A stretch of 64,000 bases of DNA from an uncultured candidate division Zixibacteria bacterium (GCA_963801605.1 CAWDFP010000006.1:64001-128000), one strand, 5' to 3'. Positions 51,715 through 62,777 are shown, counted from the first letter of the stretch. Notes: generated by a model from the sequence alone, not told the origin. Translations and numbers: made by a program.

Positions 51715-52890
51715 TCATTTTGCTATTAGATGCCTCGCCATTCGTAATAGGCCCGGGTTTCTAAATATCAGTTTGAATATAATGTCTGGGACGTTAACGT
51801 CCCGGACTTTTTTTTGCGGGATAAGCTCGTCGATTTCTTTTATAATCTGCTCGAATTCCTGATCGGTCGTTCTTACGTATATCGATCTAAACAGTTTATA
51901 GGCGTAAAGTTCACGTTTTTTTAGCTTAAAAAACTCCTTAGGATAATCACTCAGTTGGCCCTGGCCAGCCACAAAGGCCGCCGCTGTTTTTCCAGCGATC
52001 GAGCCGGAGAGCAGAGCGTTGGCAATCCCCGCGCCCGATAGAGAATCGACCAATCTGGCCGCATCGCCGGTTAAAAGAAGATTGCCGTATTGAAGCGGCA
52101 AATTACGATTGAAAGCAGGAACCGCGCCCATTATGGTACCGAATTGTATATGGTTTGGGTATCGCTCTTTCACGAAATGATCGAGATAATCTTTGGCACT
52201 TCTCCCGTTGGCTCGCGCCGGACAAACTGCTATTCCGATATTGGCGGTATCTTTCGATTTAGGGAAAAGCCAGACATAGCCACCGGGGGCGATTTCGTTC
52301 CCGATTAATATCTGAACTATCCCCTCCTTAAAAGAGATGTTGCCGACATAGTATTGACAGGCGGAGTCGATATCGTCGAGCGGGATGGTGGTATCGATCC
52401 CGGACATATAAGCCAGGCGCGATTCAATACCATCGGCAGCAATGATAACCTTGCCTGTAACTTCTCTGCGACCGTCACCATTCGAAATAATCAGGCTTTC
52501 AATGTAGTTTTTGCCCCTAATATTAACAGCGATTGCCGGCGATGAAGTCGCAAGATCGACTCCGTTTTCGACAGCTAATTGGGCCAATCCGGCATCGAAA
52601 ATATCCCTATTAAGAACATAACCAGCCGCGGGGTGCAGGAAGGTCAGGGTCGTCCCGCGGGGACTCTCGACACTGGCACCCTCGATGGTCGTAGCTATCC
52701 ATTCAGGCCGGGGCTTAACGATTTGTTTAAGCCCTGAGGTAGTAATTCCCTCGGCGCAGCAGACCGGCATACCGACCTTCTCATGCTTTTCCAGAAGAAG
52801 AGTTTTAGCACCGCCACGGGCAGCGTTTAAGGCTGCTGTAGAACCGGCAGGCCCGGCTCCAACCACAATGACGTCATAAAGGCTATCCAT
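51715..52890 (-). CDS. Geranylgeranyl reductase-family flavoprotein (archaeal DGGR-like)
   Basis: 'GAGPAG','PVCCAEG','AADG','APGGYVWLFPK','GDAA...GAGI'. Confidence 0.88.
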   Translation of the reverse strand: MDSLYDVIVVGAGPAGSTAALNAARGGAKTLLLEKHEKVGMPVCCAEGITTSGLKQIVKPRPEWIATTIEGASVESPRGTTLTFLHPAAGYVLNRDIFDAGLAQLAVENGVDLATSSPAIAVNIRGKNYIESLIISNGDGRREVTGKVIIAADGIESRLAYMSGIDTTIPLDDIDSACQYYVGNISFKEGIVQILIGNEIAPGGYVWLFPKSKDTANIGIAVCPARANGRSAKDYLDHFVKERYPNHIQFGTIMGAVPAFNRNLPLQYGNLLLTGDAARLVDSLSGAGIANALLSGSIAGKTAAAFVAGQGQLSDYPKEFFKLKKRELYAYKLFRSIYVRTTDQEFEQIIKEIDELIPQKKVRDVNVPDIIFKLIFRNPGLLRMARHLIAK

Positions 52891-53080
52891 CGTTATCAAG
52901 CTCCAGAGCACCAACCGGGCAGGCTACCACACAGTCACCACAGGCGGTGCAGAGCTGTCTGTCAATTACCAGAGTTTGCGGGCTCAGATAGATAGCGTCG
53001 ACAGAGCAGACGGGGACGCAGCCTCCACAGCAACCGCAGAGGACATTGTCGACTCTGAGTTTTGGCGCGATCATGGTCAT
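52883..53080 (-). CDS. 2[4Fe-4S] ferredoxin (start uncertain)
   Basis: 'CGCCGGCVPVC' and 'CTACGDCVVACPVGAL', overlapping the reductase start. Confidence 0.85.
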   Translation of the reverse strand: MTMIAPKLRVDNVLCGCCGGCVPVCSVDAIYLSPQTLVIDRQLCTACGDCVVACPVGALELDNDG

Positions 53081-53407
53081 ATCCACCGTGAATTTTAGGC
53101 CGTTCGGAGCCGGGATTCAAGGGGAAATATAAGGTATGAAACTCAATTGATAAGGAAACGGTAGGGGTGGGATTAGCTGGAAAAGAGGTTCCAGAGCGAA
53201 AAAAGTGAAAAAAAAGCGTTTTTTCCTCTAAAAATCGCAAATTTTAGTTGAATTTCCTCATGCGTATCTCCTACAATTTCGCTCGCGGAATGCCAATCCT
53301 GGTAATTATAAGGAACGGGCGAGCCGATTTAGTCGAGCAAGTTTTAAAATGATATTGCTAATTTTTACGGAAAATAGCAGCCAATAACCCAAACCAAGGA
53401 GGCATAG

Positions 53408-53764
53408 ATGCCCGCAAAGAAAAAGGTCGCTAAAAAGAAAACCGCAAAGAAAGTAGTAAAGAAAGCAGCCAAGAAACCAGCTAAGAAAAAAGCAGCCAAG
53501 GGCGGCGGCAGAGGCAAATCGAATCCAGCTTTCATGAAACCGATGCAGCCGGATGCAGCGTTAGCAGCCGTAGTTGGCGATAAGCCGCAACCTCGTACCC
53601 AGATCACCAAGAAGGTATGGGATTATATCAAGGCCAGAGGCCTTCAAGATAAGGTCAACAGGCGAAACATCAATGCCGATGAGAATCTGCTCAAGGTTTT
53701 CGGCGGCAAGAAGCAAGTCAGCATGTTCGAAATGACCAAGCTGGTCAACAAGCACCTGCTCTAA
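53408..53764 (+). CDS. SWIB/MDM2-domain protein with histone-H1-like Lys/Ala N-terminal tail
   Basis: 'FMKPMQP..ALAAVVG..P.PRTQITKKVWDYIK...LQD','VSMFEMTKLVNKHL', SD AAGGAGG. Confidence 0.93.
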   Translation: MPAKKKVAKKKTAKKVVKKAAKKPAKKKAAKGGGRGKSNPAFMKPMQPDAALAAVVGDKPQPRTQITKKVWDYIKARGLQDKVNRRNINADENLLKVFGGKKQVSMFEMTKLVNKHLL

Positions 53765-53784
53765 AAACTGCTTTCTCTTTAAGA

Positions 53785-53816
53785 AAAAAGGCCCTCTGAT
53801 AAGAAGGGGGCCTTTT
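53785..53816 (+). terminator. Probable bidirectional terminator
   Basis: AAAAAGGCCC...GGGCCTTTT between convergent genes. Confidence 0.7.
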
Positions 53817-53864
53817 GAATTTTAAATTGCCGGACGAAACCTCCGGCTTATTATTTTCAGGGGG

Positions 53865-54758
53865 TTATTTTGGACGTTTAGTATCGAGCGTTTTTAATTT
53901 GGTGATAAGCTTGACCTTAACAATACGCTGACCTTCGACAAGCTCTACTACGAAAGTAACGTCATGATAACTTACGGTCCTTCCCTTTTCGGGAAGAGAG
54001 CCTACCAGATCGTAAATCAAACCTCCGACAGTCTCAAACTCCTCCTCGGGAAGCGTTAAGCCAATTTCATCATTAAGATCTGCGATTGTGACGAAACCGC
54101 TCACCAGATAGTTGCCGGCCGATTGTTTGATGATCGGCGGAGGCTCGCCGTCATATTCATCCTCGATCTCTCCGACTATTTCCTCGAGGATATCCTCCAT
54201 TGTGACCAGGCCGGCAGTTCCGCCGTATTCATCAACCACAATAGCGATATGCAGCCTTTTTTTCTTAAGTTCGCGTAAAAGCTCATCGACTTTTTTATTT
54301 TCGGGGATAAAATATGCTTTGCGGGCGACTTTGAGCGGATCCACCTCGCCGCCATCGAGAACGCGAAGAAGCAAGTCCTTGGAATAGAGGATACCCTTGA
54401 TATCATCGAGCGAATCCACATATAGCGGAAACCTGGAATGGCCGGTCTTCTTGATTATGCCGATAATCTCCTGAAGCGACGTTCCAACCTCGATACCCAC
54501 AATCTCCACTCTGGGAACCATGATCTCTTTAACCGCGGTCTCCCCCATCTCGACCACGCCGTGGATCATCTCGCGTTCGTCTGCTTCGAGCACGACCTGG
54601 CCGGACGGCAATTCCAATCCCATTTTCTCGATAGATTTATCGATAGCTTTTTCGCGCTCCTCCTCCGGCTTGAGATCGCTTTTGCTCAGGAATTTATGCC
54701 ACCAGCGCCGGCGCGTCGGTTGGTTACTTGAAGGTTTGTCTGCTTCCTCTTTAGCCAT
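53865..54758 (-). CDS. CBS-pair/CorC-HlyC domain protein (YbeX/CorC-like)
   Basis: 'EIMVPR','HSRFPLY','[30 protein letters not shown]','ETVGG'. Confidence 0.9.
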   Translation of the reverse strand: MAKEEADKPSSNQPTRRRWWHKFLSKSDLKPEEEREKAIDKSIEKMGLELPSGQVVLEADEREMIHGVVEMGETAVKEIMVPRVEIVGIEVGTSLQEIIGIIKKTGHSRFPLYVDSLDDIKGILYSKDLLLRVLDGGEVDPLKVARKAYFIPENKKVDELLRELKKKRLHIAIVVDEYGGTAGLVTMEDILEEIVGEIEDEYDGEPPPIIKQSAGNYLVSGFVTIADLNDEIGLTLPEEEFETVGGLIYDLVGSLPEKGRTVSYHDVTFVVELVEGQRIVKVKLITKLKTLDTKRPK

Positions 54759-54763
54759 TGTAA

Positions 54764-55171
54764 TTAAAGATAACTCTCCTGCCGAGCCCACATCCTGGCG
54801 CGATTCTCCGGGGTATCATCCCGGTATCCCAACAGGTGCAGGACTCCATGGATAGTCAATCTTTTCACCTCCTCAAGATATGTAACATGATTGTCCCGGG
54901 CTTGTCGCCGGGCCATCTGCAAATTAACGTAAATTTCGCCCAAATGAATCTTCTGGCCGGGATCATCGAGATTAAATGCCAGCACATCGGTGCTACGTGA
55001 CTTGCCTTTGAAACGCAAATTGAGCGGTATGATTTCGCTATCGCGGCAATAGATAATATCGAACGACCATTGCGACGCCTTCTCGCGTAAGAGAATTTTC
55101 TTAACAAGCGCCGTCATGCTTTTTTTATCGAGCGCAAAACGTTTATCAGTTAAAATTATAGTTACCCTCAA
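54764..55171 (-). CDS. ybeY: rRNA maturation endoribonuclease YbeY
   Basis: 'LN..F.GK..STDVL','LGEIY','HGVLHLLGY'. Confidence 0.92.
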   Translation of the reverse strand: MRVTIILTDKRFALDKKSMTALVKKILLREKASQWSFDIIYCRDSEIIPLNLRFKGKSRSTDVLAFNLDDPGQKIHLGEIYVNLQMARRQARDNHVTYLEEVKRLTIHGVLHLLGYRDDTPENRARMWARQESYL

Positions 55172-57405
55172 GCTCCGACCTCGTGCGGCTCGGATTCAGG
55201 ATAAACAATCCGTCGATGGAATATGCCGGTCAGTACCCGTGCGAAACTCTCTTCGATAAGATGCAATTCGCGAAGGGTAATGTCGCAATCATCGAGCTCG
55301 CCGGATTCGAACTTGGTGGATATTATCCGATGTGCCAGATTTTTAATGCGCGCCGGCTTGGGGTCATCGAGGGTACGCGAAGCGGCCTCCACGGAATCAG
55401 CCAGCATGACGATTGCCACTTCCCTGCTTCTGGGCCTGGGGCCGGGATAACGATACTCGTTTATATCGACATCGTCTCCCTCGAGGGTTTTGGCTTTTTC
55501 ATAGAAATATGACATGACCGTGGTACCATGATGGCCGGTGATGAAATCGATGATGGAATCGGGCAGACCGTTTTTCTCGGCTAGTTCTCTGCCTTCCTTG
55601 ACGTGCGCTTCAAGAATGAGGGCCGACATCGATGGCGCCAGCCGCTCATGTTTATTTCGGGCGCCAACCTGGTTCTCCACAAAATATTCGGGTTTGAGCA
55701 TTTTACCAATATCATGATAATACGAACCAACTCTGGCCAGCAGCGAGTTAGCGCCGATAGCCTTGGCAGCGTCCTCGGCTAAAGTGCCGATCATAATCGA
55801 GTGATGGTATGTGCCGGGAGCCTCGATCGCGAGACGCTTGAGAAGCGGACGATTGAGATCGGAAAGCTCCAGCAGGGTGATATCGGTGGTAAGCTTGAAA
55901 GTCGTTTCAAAGAGCGGCAGCAAACCGATAGTAAGAATTGGCGAGATAAAACCGTTGATAGCCGCCAACCCGGTATGACGCCAGAGATCCGCATAGGGCG
56001 GTGAGCTTGAGCGATTCGATAATATAAACTAATCCGAAATAGACTAACGGCCAGATAAAAGATCGAGCGATAAAATTCGTGGCGATGGCGCACCTTGCGC
56101 ACTGAAAAAGCGGCCACCACTCCGGCTACGATCCCCACAAAGGCGATATCGATCTTAAAGCCGGAAAGGATTCCGATAAGCATCGCGGCGGTAAAGTTCA
56201 GGAAGATACCGGTCTCGAGATCGAATGCGATTGTAGACAGCATGGCGGCGATAGTAATAGGAACCAGATAGGGCGAGAGATAAGCCTGGAAACTGACGAT
56301 ATCGAGAATCATCACCAAGCCCTGCCAGAAGTATGGCAAAAAGTATTAAAGCTGAATTGGATGCAAATATATTCCGTCGGAAATGATGAAGATAGAACGC
56401 AAAAAAGAGTATCGGAAATGCCACGAAAAAGAGCCGTCCCAAAGGAGGCAGCAGAAATTGAACTACGTCACTCTGGATAAGCTTGGTTCTTTTGTATCGG
56501 GCGAGCGAAAGAAGTTTGTCGCGAATAAGCTTGGTAATTCTTTCGTTGGCCCGTACGATTTTTTGATCTTTATAAACCCAACCCTTTTCGGCTCGGATAC
56601 CTGTCAATTCCGAATTTTTACTGGATTCTGTCAGGCTTTTATCGAATACAAGATTGGGCTCCAGGAATTGCCAGCCGATTTCCCTGCCCGCCGGTCGCAA
56701 GGCGGGACGTCTTGAAAGGGCAGCGTCGGCCTGCACGGTGACATACCAGTGGGCCTTATCGAGATCGAAAATCTGTTCGCGCACTACGGTTTTGGTCTCT
56801 CCGCGTTTATCGACAATCACAATTCCGGATTCTTCAAGAGGCAGATTAACCAGGCTGGGATAAATGCCATCGAACATAAGCGTATCTAAAACCGGGATAG
56901 CAAACTCAGCCAGGGCATGAGCGGCTCGCGTATCATGAAGAGAGTTGATGGTGTTTTCAGACAGATTGGGATAGTTGGACCGCATTATCTGAAGGAAAGC
57001 CAGGGAATCGAGTTTCAGGGCATTAAGCGAATCGGCAGTTGAGAACAACCGTCGAATGCGTTCTCTGGCATTCTCCGCGATGGCAACATCATAAGAGAGC
57101 ACCGGCCGCAGATTAGCCAGGACGGATTCACGGTCTTTTTGCAATTCTTCATCGGATTTCAAGATCGGGAAATCAAAGGGAGCGATAATATCGCGCTCGG
57201 CGATCTCCCCTATCACGGGAATTTGAATCGGCTCGTATATTTTATCTATCGGATAAAGAAAGGTTATCCCAAAAATTAAAACAAAGCCCAATGCCACCCG
57301 GAACAAGATCTGATTGCTGCTTAAAGGCTCCTGGACACGATTGCCATTGCCGTTCTCAGTTCCTTTGGGAGCGGGGTTAATCTTTCTCTTAAAGGGATTT
57401 CTCAC
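55168..57405 (-). CDS. 7TM-HDIG membrane phosphohydrolase (PgpH-like), frameshifts near 56320 and 56000
   Basis: Extracytoplasmic domain, TM segments, then 'LLELSDLN.PLL..L..EAPGTYHHS','YYHDIGK','HHGT','YPGP.P','MLADSVEAA'. Confidence 0.88.
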
Positions 57406-58394
57406 TTACGACCACCACTGCTCTTGTTTTTCTGCGCTTCATTCACCTTAGCGTAAGCTTTAATAATATCCTGCACAAGTTTGTGCCGGACGACATCTTT
57501 TTCGGTCAAATATATAAATCCGATCCCCGGAATGTGCCCCAATATCCTCTTAACAGCCAAAAGACCGGAGCCCTTCCTATTTTCCAGATCGATTTGGGTG
57601 ACATCGCCGGTAATCACCGCTTTGGAACCCTCGCCAAGGCGAGTGAGAAACATAAACATCTGGCCCGAGGTAGTATTCTGGGCCTCGTCCAAAATCACAA
57701 AGGCATTATTAAGGGTGCGGCCGCGCATGAAAGCCAGGGGAGCAATTTCGATGACTCCCAGTTCCATGAGTTTTTTAACTTTGTCGAAAGCCAGCATTTC
57801 CTGAAGTGCGTCATAGAGCGGACGCAGGTAGGGATCGACCTTAGCCCTGATATCGCCGGGTAAAAAGCCCAGGCTCTCGCCGGCCTCGACAGCCGGCCTG
57901 GTCAAGATTATGCGCGACACTCGTTTTTGCTTAAAAGCCCGGACTGCCATAGCTACGGCCAAATAAGTTTTACCGGTACCGGCCGGGCCAATCGAGAAGA
58001 CAATATCTTTGGATTCGATAAGATCCACATAGTGCTTCTGACCGACCGTTTTAGGTTTGACCACTTTCTGAGTGGAGACGGCAGTAATCAGGCCGGTATT
58101 GATATCCATTTCCTGTGACGGCGGCCGGCCGTTTTCGCTGATAACTGCTATAGAATAGAGGATATATCGCTCGTTTAACTCTCCGGACGCTCTGACATGA
58201 TCGATGATATCGGAAATGACGCGCTCGGCCTTATCGACATTTTCGGATTCTCCGCGAATATTAATCCAGTCGCCGCGGGCCACTAATTCGACATCAAGCT
58301 CTTTTTCGATGAGATCGAGATGCGAATGATCTGTCCCGAACAACAGGCGCGGATCGATATCGCTAAGATTTATCGTTTTTTGGATTACTGACAC
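57402..58394 (-). CDS. phoH: PhoH-family ATPase (YbeZ-like)
   Basis: 'GPAGTGKT','RPAVEAGE.LGFLPG','APLAFMRGRT','DEAQN','VVRH'. Confidence 0.95.
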   Translation of the reverse strand: MSVIQKTINLSDIDPRLLFGTDHSHLDLIEKELDVELVARGDWINIRGESENVDKAERVISDIIDHVRASGELNERYILYSIAVISENGRPPSQEMDINTGLITAVSTQKVVKPKTVGQKHYVDLIESKDIVFSIGPAGTGKTYLAVAMAVRAFKQKRVSRIILTRPAVEAGESLGFLPGDIRAKVDPYLRPLYDALQEMLAFDKVKKLMELGVIEIAPLAFMRGRTLNNAFVILDEAQNTTSGQMFMFLTRLGEGSKAVITGDVTQIDLENRKGSGLLAVKRILGHIPGIGFIYLTEKDVVRHKLVQDIIKAYAKVNEAQKNKSSGGRK

Positions 58395-60225
58395 CTTTAT
58401 TATCCGTCTCCTTCAAGCATATTCCCAGTTCATCCAACTGCGCGGCATCAACCTCCGCTGGTGAACCGTCCATAAGCGACTGCGCCGCGGTCGTCTTGGG
58501 AAACGCGATGACATCCCGAATCGATTCGGAGTTGGTCATCAGCGCCACGATACGATCGAAACCCGGCGCAATGCCTCCATGCGGAGGAGCGCCATATTCC
58601 AGTGCCCGCAGAAGAAATCCGAACATCTTATCCGCCCGTTCGCTATCGATGCCCAGAACCGAGAGGACCTTCTCCTGCATTTCGCGGTTATGAATCCTGA
58701 TGCCGCCGGATGCAATCTCAACTCCATTCAGAACCAGATCGTATTGATTAGCCCTGATACCCGCCCAGGGATGATTAGGATCATCGAGAGAAAGGTTGGA
58801 TTTGAAGCCTAAATCGAGCTTGGAGATATCATCCGAAACAGGCGAGGTTACTATATTGTGCATGGCATCGAAACGACCTATATCCTTATTATACTCAAAC
58901 AAGGGGAATTCGCACACCCATAGGAACGCCCATTTGGGGCTCTCTTTTTCCAATATGGTTTTGCCCAATGAACGTCTTAGGAAGCCCAATGAATCGCAGA
59001 CAGTCTTCCATTTATCGGCCACGATAAGAAGAATATCACCGGTTTCAAGTCCGGTTTTCTTTATAGCCGAATCGATCTCCTGCTGGCTCAAATTCTTGGC
59101 AACCGATGAGCGGATACCGTCAGGAGTGAGAGCCAAATATGCAAGACCCTTAGCGCCCGCGGTTTTAGCAATTTCGGTAAGCCCATCAATCTGCTTTCGG
59201 GAGAGCGAGGCGCCTCCTTTAAGGTTGATACCTCGAACCACACCACCGTTGGCGATTGTATCGGAGAAGACCTTAAAGGCGCTGCTTTTAAAGATATCAC
59301 TCAACTCGATGATTTCAAGGCCATATCGCAAATCCGGTTTGTCGCTGCCGTAACGGTCCATGACATCCTGATAGGTATAACGCGGAAAAGGAATAGGAAT
59401 ATCGACATTCAATGTAGCCTTAAAGAGGTGTTTCATCATGCCCTCGACAACCCCGAAGATATCATCGATGGTAACGTAGGACATTTCCATGTCGATCTGA
59501 GTATGTTCGGGTTGACGATCGGCTCTAAGGTCTTCGTCTCTGAGACAGCGGGCAAGCTGGAAATAGCGGTCAAAACCTGAGACCATCAGGATCTGCTTGA
59601 AGAGTTGCGGAGATTGGGGCAATGCGTAAAATTTCCCGTTGTGCTCACGCGATGGCACGATGAAATCTCTGGCGCCCTCGGGAGTTGACCTTATTAGCAG
59701 GGGAGTTTCTATTTCGAGAAATCCCTGCGAATTGAGAAATTTTCTTATCTCCTGGGCAGCTTTATGCCGAAGAATCATTTTATCGCGAAGAACAGGACGC
59801 CGGAGATCGAGATAACGGTACTTTAGTCTGAGGTCCTCGGAGGCGTTGGTCTCATCCTCAACCATAAACGGAGGGGTCTTAGCCGGATTCAATATTTTAA
59901 AGGATTCAACTAAAACCTCGATATCCCCGGTGGGATTCTGCTTATTGTGCATGCCATCAGGACGGGAACGGACGAGACCCTTGATCTGCACCGAAAATTC
60001 ATAGCGTACCGCGCGGGCAGCTTCCATCTCATCTGAAGAAATGAGATTGGGATCGAATACCGCCTGCGTTATTCCCCAGCGGTCGCGTAAATCTATAAAG
60101 AGAAGGCCTCCCAAATCGCGATGGCCGTTAACCCATCCGCAGAGCACTACTTTTTTATCAATGCTATTTTGATTTAATTCGCCGCAGGTATGCGTGCGAA
60201 ATGACGTCGCCAAAATATTATCCAA
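58363..60225 (-). CDS. aspS: Aspartate--tRNA ligase
   Basis: 'RTHTCGEL','STPEGARDF','[11 protein letters not shown]','[12 protein letters not shown]','GAPPHGG','[10 protein letters not shown]'. Confidence 0.97.
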   Translation of the reverse strand: MDNILATSFRTHTCGELNQNSIDKKVVLCGWVNGHRDLGGLLFIDLRDRWGITQAVFDPNLISSDEMEAARAVRYEFSVQIKGLVRSRPDGMHNKQNPTGDIEVLVESFKILNPAKTPPFMVEDETNASEDLRLKYRYLDLRRPVLRDKMILRHKAAQEIRKFLNSQGFLEIETPLLIRSTPEGARDFIVPSREHNGKFYALPQSPQLFKQILMVSGFDRYFQLARCLRDEDLRADRQPEHTQIDMEMSYVTIDDIFGVVEGMMKHLFKATLNVDIPIPFPRYTYQDVMDRYGSDKPDLRYGLEIIELSDIFKSSAFKVFSDTIANGGVVRGINLKGGASLSRKQIDGLTEIAKTAGAKGLAYLALTPDGIRSSVAKNLSQQEIDSAIKKTGLETGDILLIVADKWKTVCDSLGFLRRSLGKTILEKESPKWAFLWVCEFPLFEYNKDIGRFDAMHNIVTSPVSDDISKLDLGFKSNLSLDDPNHPWAGIRANQYDLVLNGVEIASGGIRIHNREMQEKVLSVLGIDSERADKMFGFLLRALEYGAPPHGGIAPGFDRIVALMTNSESIRDVIAFPKTTAAQSLMDGSPAEVDAAQLDELGICLKETDNKGVSNPKNDKS

Positions 60226-61502
60226 TTATCGCTCCAAAATCATCAGCGCTGGAAAGAGCATAAAGCTTTCCAAGCTCAATTTCCGTTTGTTTCGAATTTG
60301 TCATATTACGTACAAGCGCCAGCCCCTTTGCCATCTCATTATCCGCTAAAATTATGGCATAGGCAAACCGGCTCCGATCGGCCTGTTTCATCTGAGACTT
60401 CATGGACCGGCCCAAATAATCAATATCGGCAGGAAAGCCTATCTGCCTGAATCGGTTGGCAAGTTTGAACGCCTCCGGTTCGAAAGCCTTATTGGTGGTT
60501 ACTATGAATGCTCCCGGCCTGTGAGATTTCATCAACAGCCTCATTTTTAGGCATGGCCATGATGATGCGTTCGATCCCGGCGGCAAAACCTATAGCCGGA
60601 GTAGGCGAGCCGCCAAGTTCCTCAACCAAAAGGTCGTACCGTCCGCCGCCGGATAGCGAATCTTGCGAGCCGAGTTTATCGGATTTTATCTCCCAGGCAG
60701 TTCTGGTATAGTAGTCGAGGCCTCGAACCAGCCGTTTATCTATTATATAAGGAACCGCCGCGGCTTCAAGATATTCACAGACTTTATCGAAATGGACCCT
60801 GTTTTCATCGGTGAGATAATCCATGATGGTGGGAGCATCTTTTAGCAGTTGCTGGCAGGAGGATTCCTTGCAGTCGAACATCCGCAGCGGGTTTTGCTCG
60901 TAACGTTTACGGCAATCCGCGCAGAACTTATCAAGTTTCGGCTCCACAAATTGAGCAAATGCCTTCTTATGCGTTTTGCGATCCTCCGGCATTCCGATGG
61001 AGTTAATATGAATTTTGAGTTCAGTCAGACCGAGATCGCACAATATCCTGTAATTGAGACCGATAACCTCAGCGTCCAGCGCCGGGTCAAGCGACCCGAT
61101 AGCCTCCACTCCCAACTGGTAAAACTGACGGAGCCGTCCGGCCTGGGGGCGCTCCTGACGGAACATGGGGCCGACATACCATAATTTTACCAAACCTTCT
61201 TTGGCGCCTAATGAATGTTCGAGATAGGCGCGCACCACCGAAGCGGTACCTTCGGGTCTCAATGTCAGGGAACGCTGCCCCTGATCGCTGAAAGTATACA
61301 TTTCTTTGGAGACGATATCGGTAGTTTCGCCAATACCCCGGGCGAAGAGCTCGGTTGCCTCGAAAACGGGCGGCTGAATGAAGCTGTAATTGGCAGCAGC
61401 GGCAAGACGCGAAAGAGAGGAGATCACCTTTAAATAATATGGGTAATCATCCGGAAGGATATCGCGGGTGCCGTATATTGCCTTAAATTTTTTCTCTGAC
61501 AT
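60218..61502 (-). CDS. hisS: Histidine--tRNA ligase (frameshift near 60520, probably an error)
   Basis: 'KEMYTF','LRPEGTA','ERPQAGR.RQF','VRGLDYY','GGRYD'. The anticodon domain 'MKSQMKQAD' is in another frame. Confidence 0.93.
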
Positions 61503-61550
61503 ATAAGATTCTATCCTATAAATAATGATATAATGTCTTAGTTTTCAAGC

Positions 61551-61952
61551 TTATTTAATGTTTTCGACAGGCGCCTGGCGGAATGAAAGGCAAACGAATC
61601 TATGCTTTAGCCAAAGATATATCCCGGCTCCGGCGGCTCCACCCAGGATATCCGCCAGGGCATCAAAAGGATCGCAAACTCTGCCCGGAATATAAAGCTG
61701 ATGAAGCTCATCGATAATACCGTATGCTCCGCATATAATAACGGCGACCCAGAATAGCGGTCGGGGACGAGTCTTGGCCAATGCATAGGCCATAAAAAAT
61801 CCCAGGAAACTGTATTCGATAAAGTGCTCGACCTTATCGGACCAAGTGAACTGGAAGGGAGGCGGTCCGAGATACGGAATCGAGGAAACAGTAATGATAA
61901 GAACCGCCCAGACAATGACCGGGATATAATATTTCTTGTTTGTTGTACTCAT
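61551..61952 (-). CDS. VanZ-family membrane protein
   Basis: 'DKVEHFIEY..LG','YGIIDELHQ..IPGR..D..D..AD..G'. Confidence 0.9.
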   Translation of the reverse strand: MSTTNKKYYIPVIVWAVLIITVSSIPYLGPPPFQFTWSDKVEHFIEYSFLGFFMAYALAKTRPRPLFWVAVIICGAYGIIDELHQLYIPGRVCDPFDALADILGGAAGAGIYLWLKHRFVCLSFRQAPVENIK

Positions 61953-61992
61953 AAGGTCAACTACTATAATAAAATAAGGTTGAAATACCAAT

Positions 61993-62017
61993 AAAAAAAG
62001 TCCGCCTGAGGGCGGAC
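61993..62017 (-). terminator. Rho-independent terminator
   Basis: GTCCGCC-ctca-GGCGGAC stem followed by T7 on the minus strand. Confidence 0.85.
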
Positions 62018-62040
62018 CTTATAACAATATCGGAAGACTC

Positions 62041-62109
62041 TTACTTTTTGCCCTTCTTGGCGGCCTTCTTCGCGGGTTTCTTCTTAGCTGCTTTCTTTTT
62101 GGCTGGCAT
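62041..62109 (-). CDS. 22-aa Lys/Ala-rich histone-H1-like micropeptide MPAKKKAAKKKPAKKAAKKGKK
   Basis: ATG at 62109, TAA at 62043-62041, extended SD AGGAGGTGA (62122-62114), terminator just downstream. Absent from the ORF track. Confidence 0.75.
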   Translation of the reverse strand: MPAKKKAAKKKPAKKAAKKGKK

Positions 62110-62130
62110 AAATTCACCTCCTCTCGCGTC

Positions 62131-62526
62131 TCAACGTTCGACGGTTCTAATCTCCAAGATGTCCTTGGAAAAGTTGATTATAAGCCCCAATTTCATTCGA
62201 TTAGCTTTGAGAATGCTCTTTAGTTTGGATTCATCCATATCAGTAAGATGGTCACCGGTTTGAACCGCAACCACCAAGGCGCCCTCGACTACAAAATCAA
62301 GCCGGTATTCGCCAGCGACCGAACCCTTGTAAGCAAGCTGGATAATCTTATCTCTTTCGAATTCGATATTTTCCAATCCGAATTCGTAGGCTAAGGCATG
62401 GCAATATTCCTCACGACCGAACCCCAGGCCCATATTTTTATGGACTTCGAGTGCAACGTCCATAACGCGGGCTTGAACTTCTCGTTCAACTTGGTTGGGT
62501 TTTGTCGCTAACTTCTGATCTCTCAT
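62131..62526 (-). CDS. GxxExxY-family (PD-(D/E)xK fold) protein, degenerate
   Basis: 'ALEVHKNMGLGF..EEY..AL..E','YKG..VAGEYRLDFVVE','GLIINF'. Confidence 0.8.
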   Translation of the reverse strand: MRDQKLATKPNQVEREVQARVMDVALEVHKNMGLGFGREEYCHALAYEFGLENIEFERDKIIQLAYKGSVAGEYRLDFVVEGALVVAVQTGDHLTDMDESKLKSILKANRMKLGLIINFSKDILEIRTVER

Positions 62527-62550
62527 ACAATTTACCGTAAGTTATTTAGC

Positions 62551-62565
62551 GCAAAATCCGTGCCA
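62551..62565 (-). promoter_or_regulatory. Sigma54 (-24/-12) promoter
   Basis: Minus strand TGGCACGGATTTTGC matches the consensus TGGCACG-N4-TTGC exactly. Confidence 0.85.
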
Positions 62566-62661
62566 ATAATTCAATAATTTTGAAATATCTTATAACTGAG
62601 TGTATTATATGAGGTTATCTATAAGAGTCGAAATCCTGTTATGTTTCAATAAGATATGGTT

Positions 62662-62749
62662 TCGAGACAATGCTGTCGCAATTTTTATATAATAGTTAGC
62701 TAATTTGACCCTCTTCCCTATGAAAACTGCTGCGACCGAAGTGTCTCGA
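62662..62749. promoter_or_regulatory. Candidate enhancer (UAS) pair for a sigma54 activator
   Basis: TCGAGACA-atgct-GTCGCA (62662-62680) and inverted copy TGCGAC-cgaag-TGTCTCGA (62731-62749). Confidence 0.6.
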
Positions 62750-62777
62750 TTTTGAGGAAAAAAATTATAAAATTTGA

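Noticed and set aside
51416..51718. Minus-strand ORFs over rpsT
   Set aside because: Antisense shadows of the S20 gene.
53281..53324. Possible structured RNA leader (GCTCGC...GCGAGC) upstream of SWIB
   Set aside because: Only a short stem with no recognisable family signature.
60218..61502. hisS as a pseudogene or split gene
   Set aside because: Normally essential gene with intact motifs on both sides of one indel, so an error is more parsimonious.
62048..62263. Plus-strand 71-aa ORF 'MPFLAAFFAGFF...'
   Set aside because: Antisense shadow of the Lys-rich micropeptide and GxxExxY gene. The SD and terminator support the minus strand.
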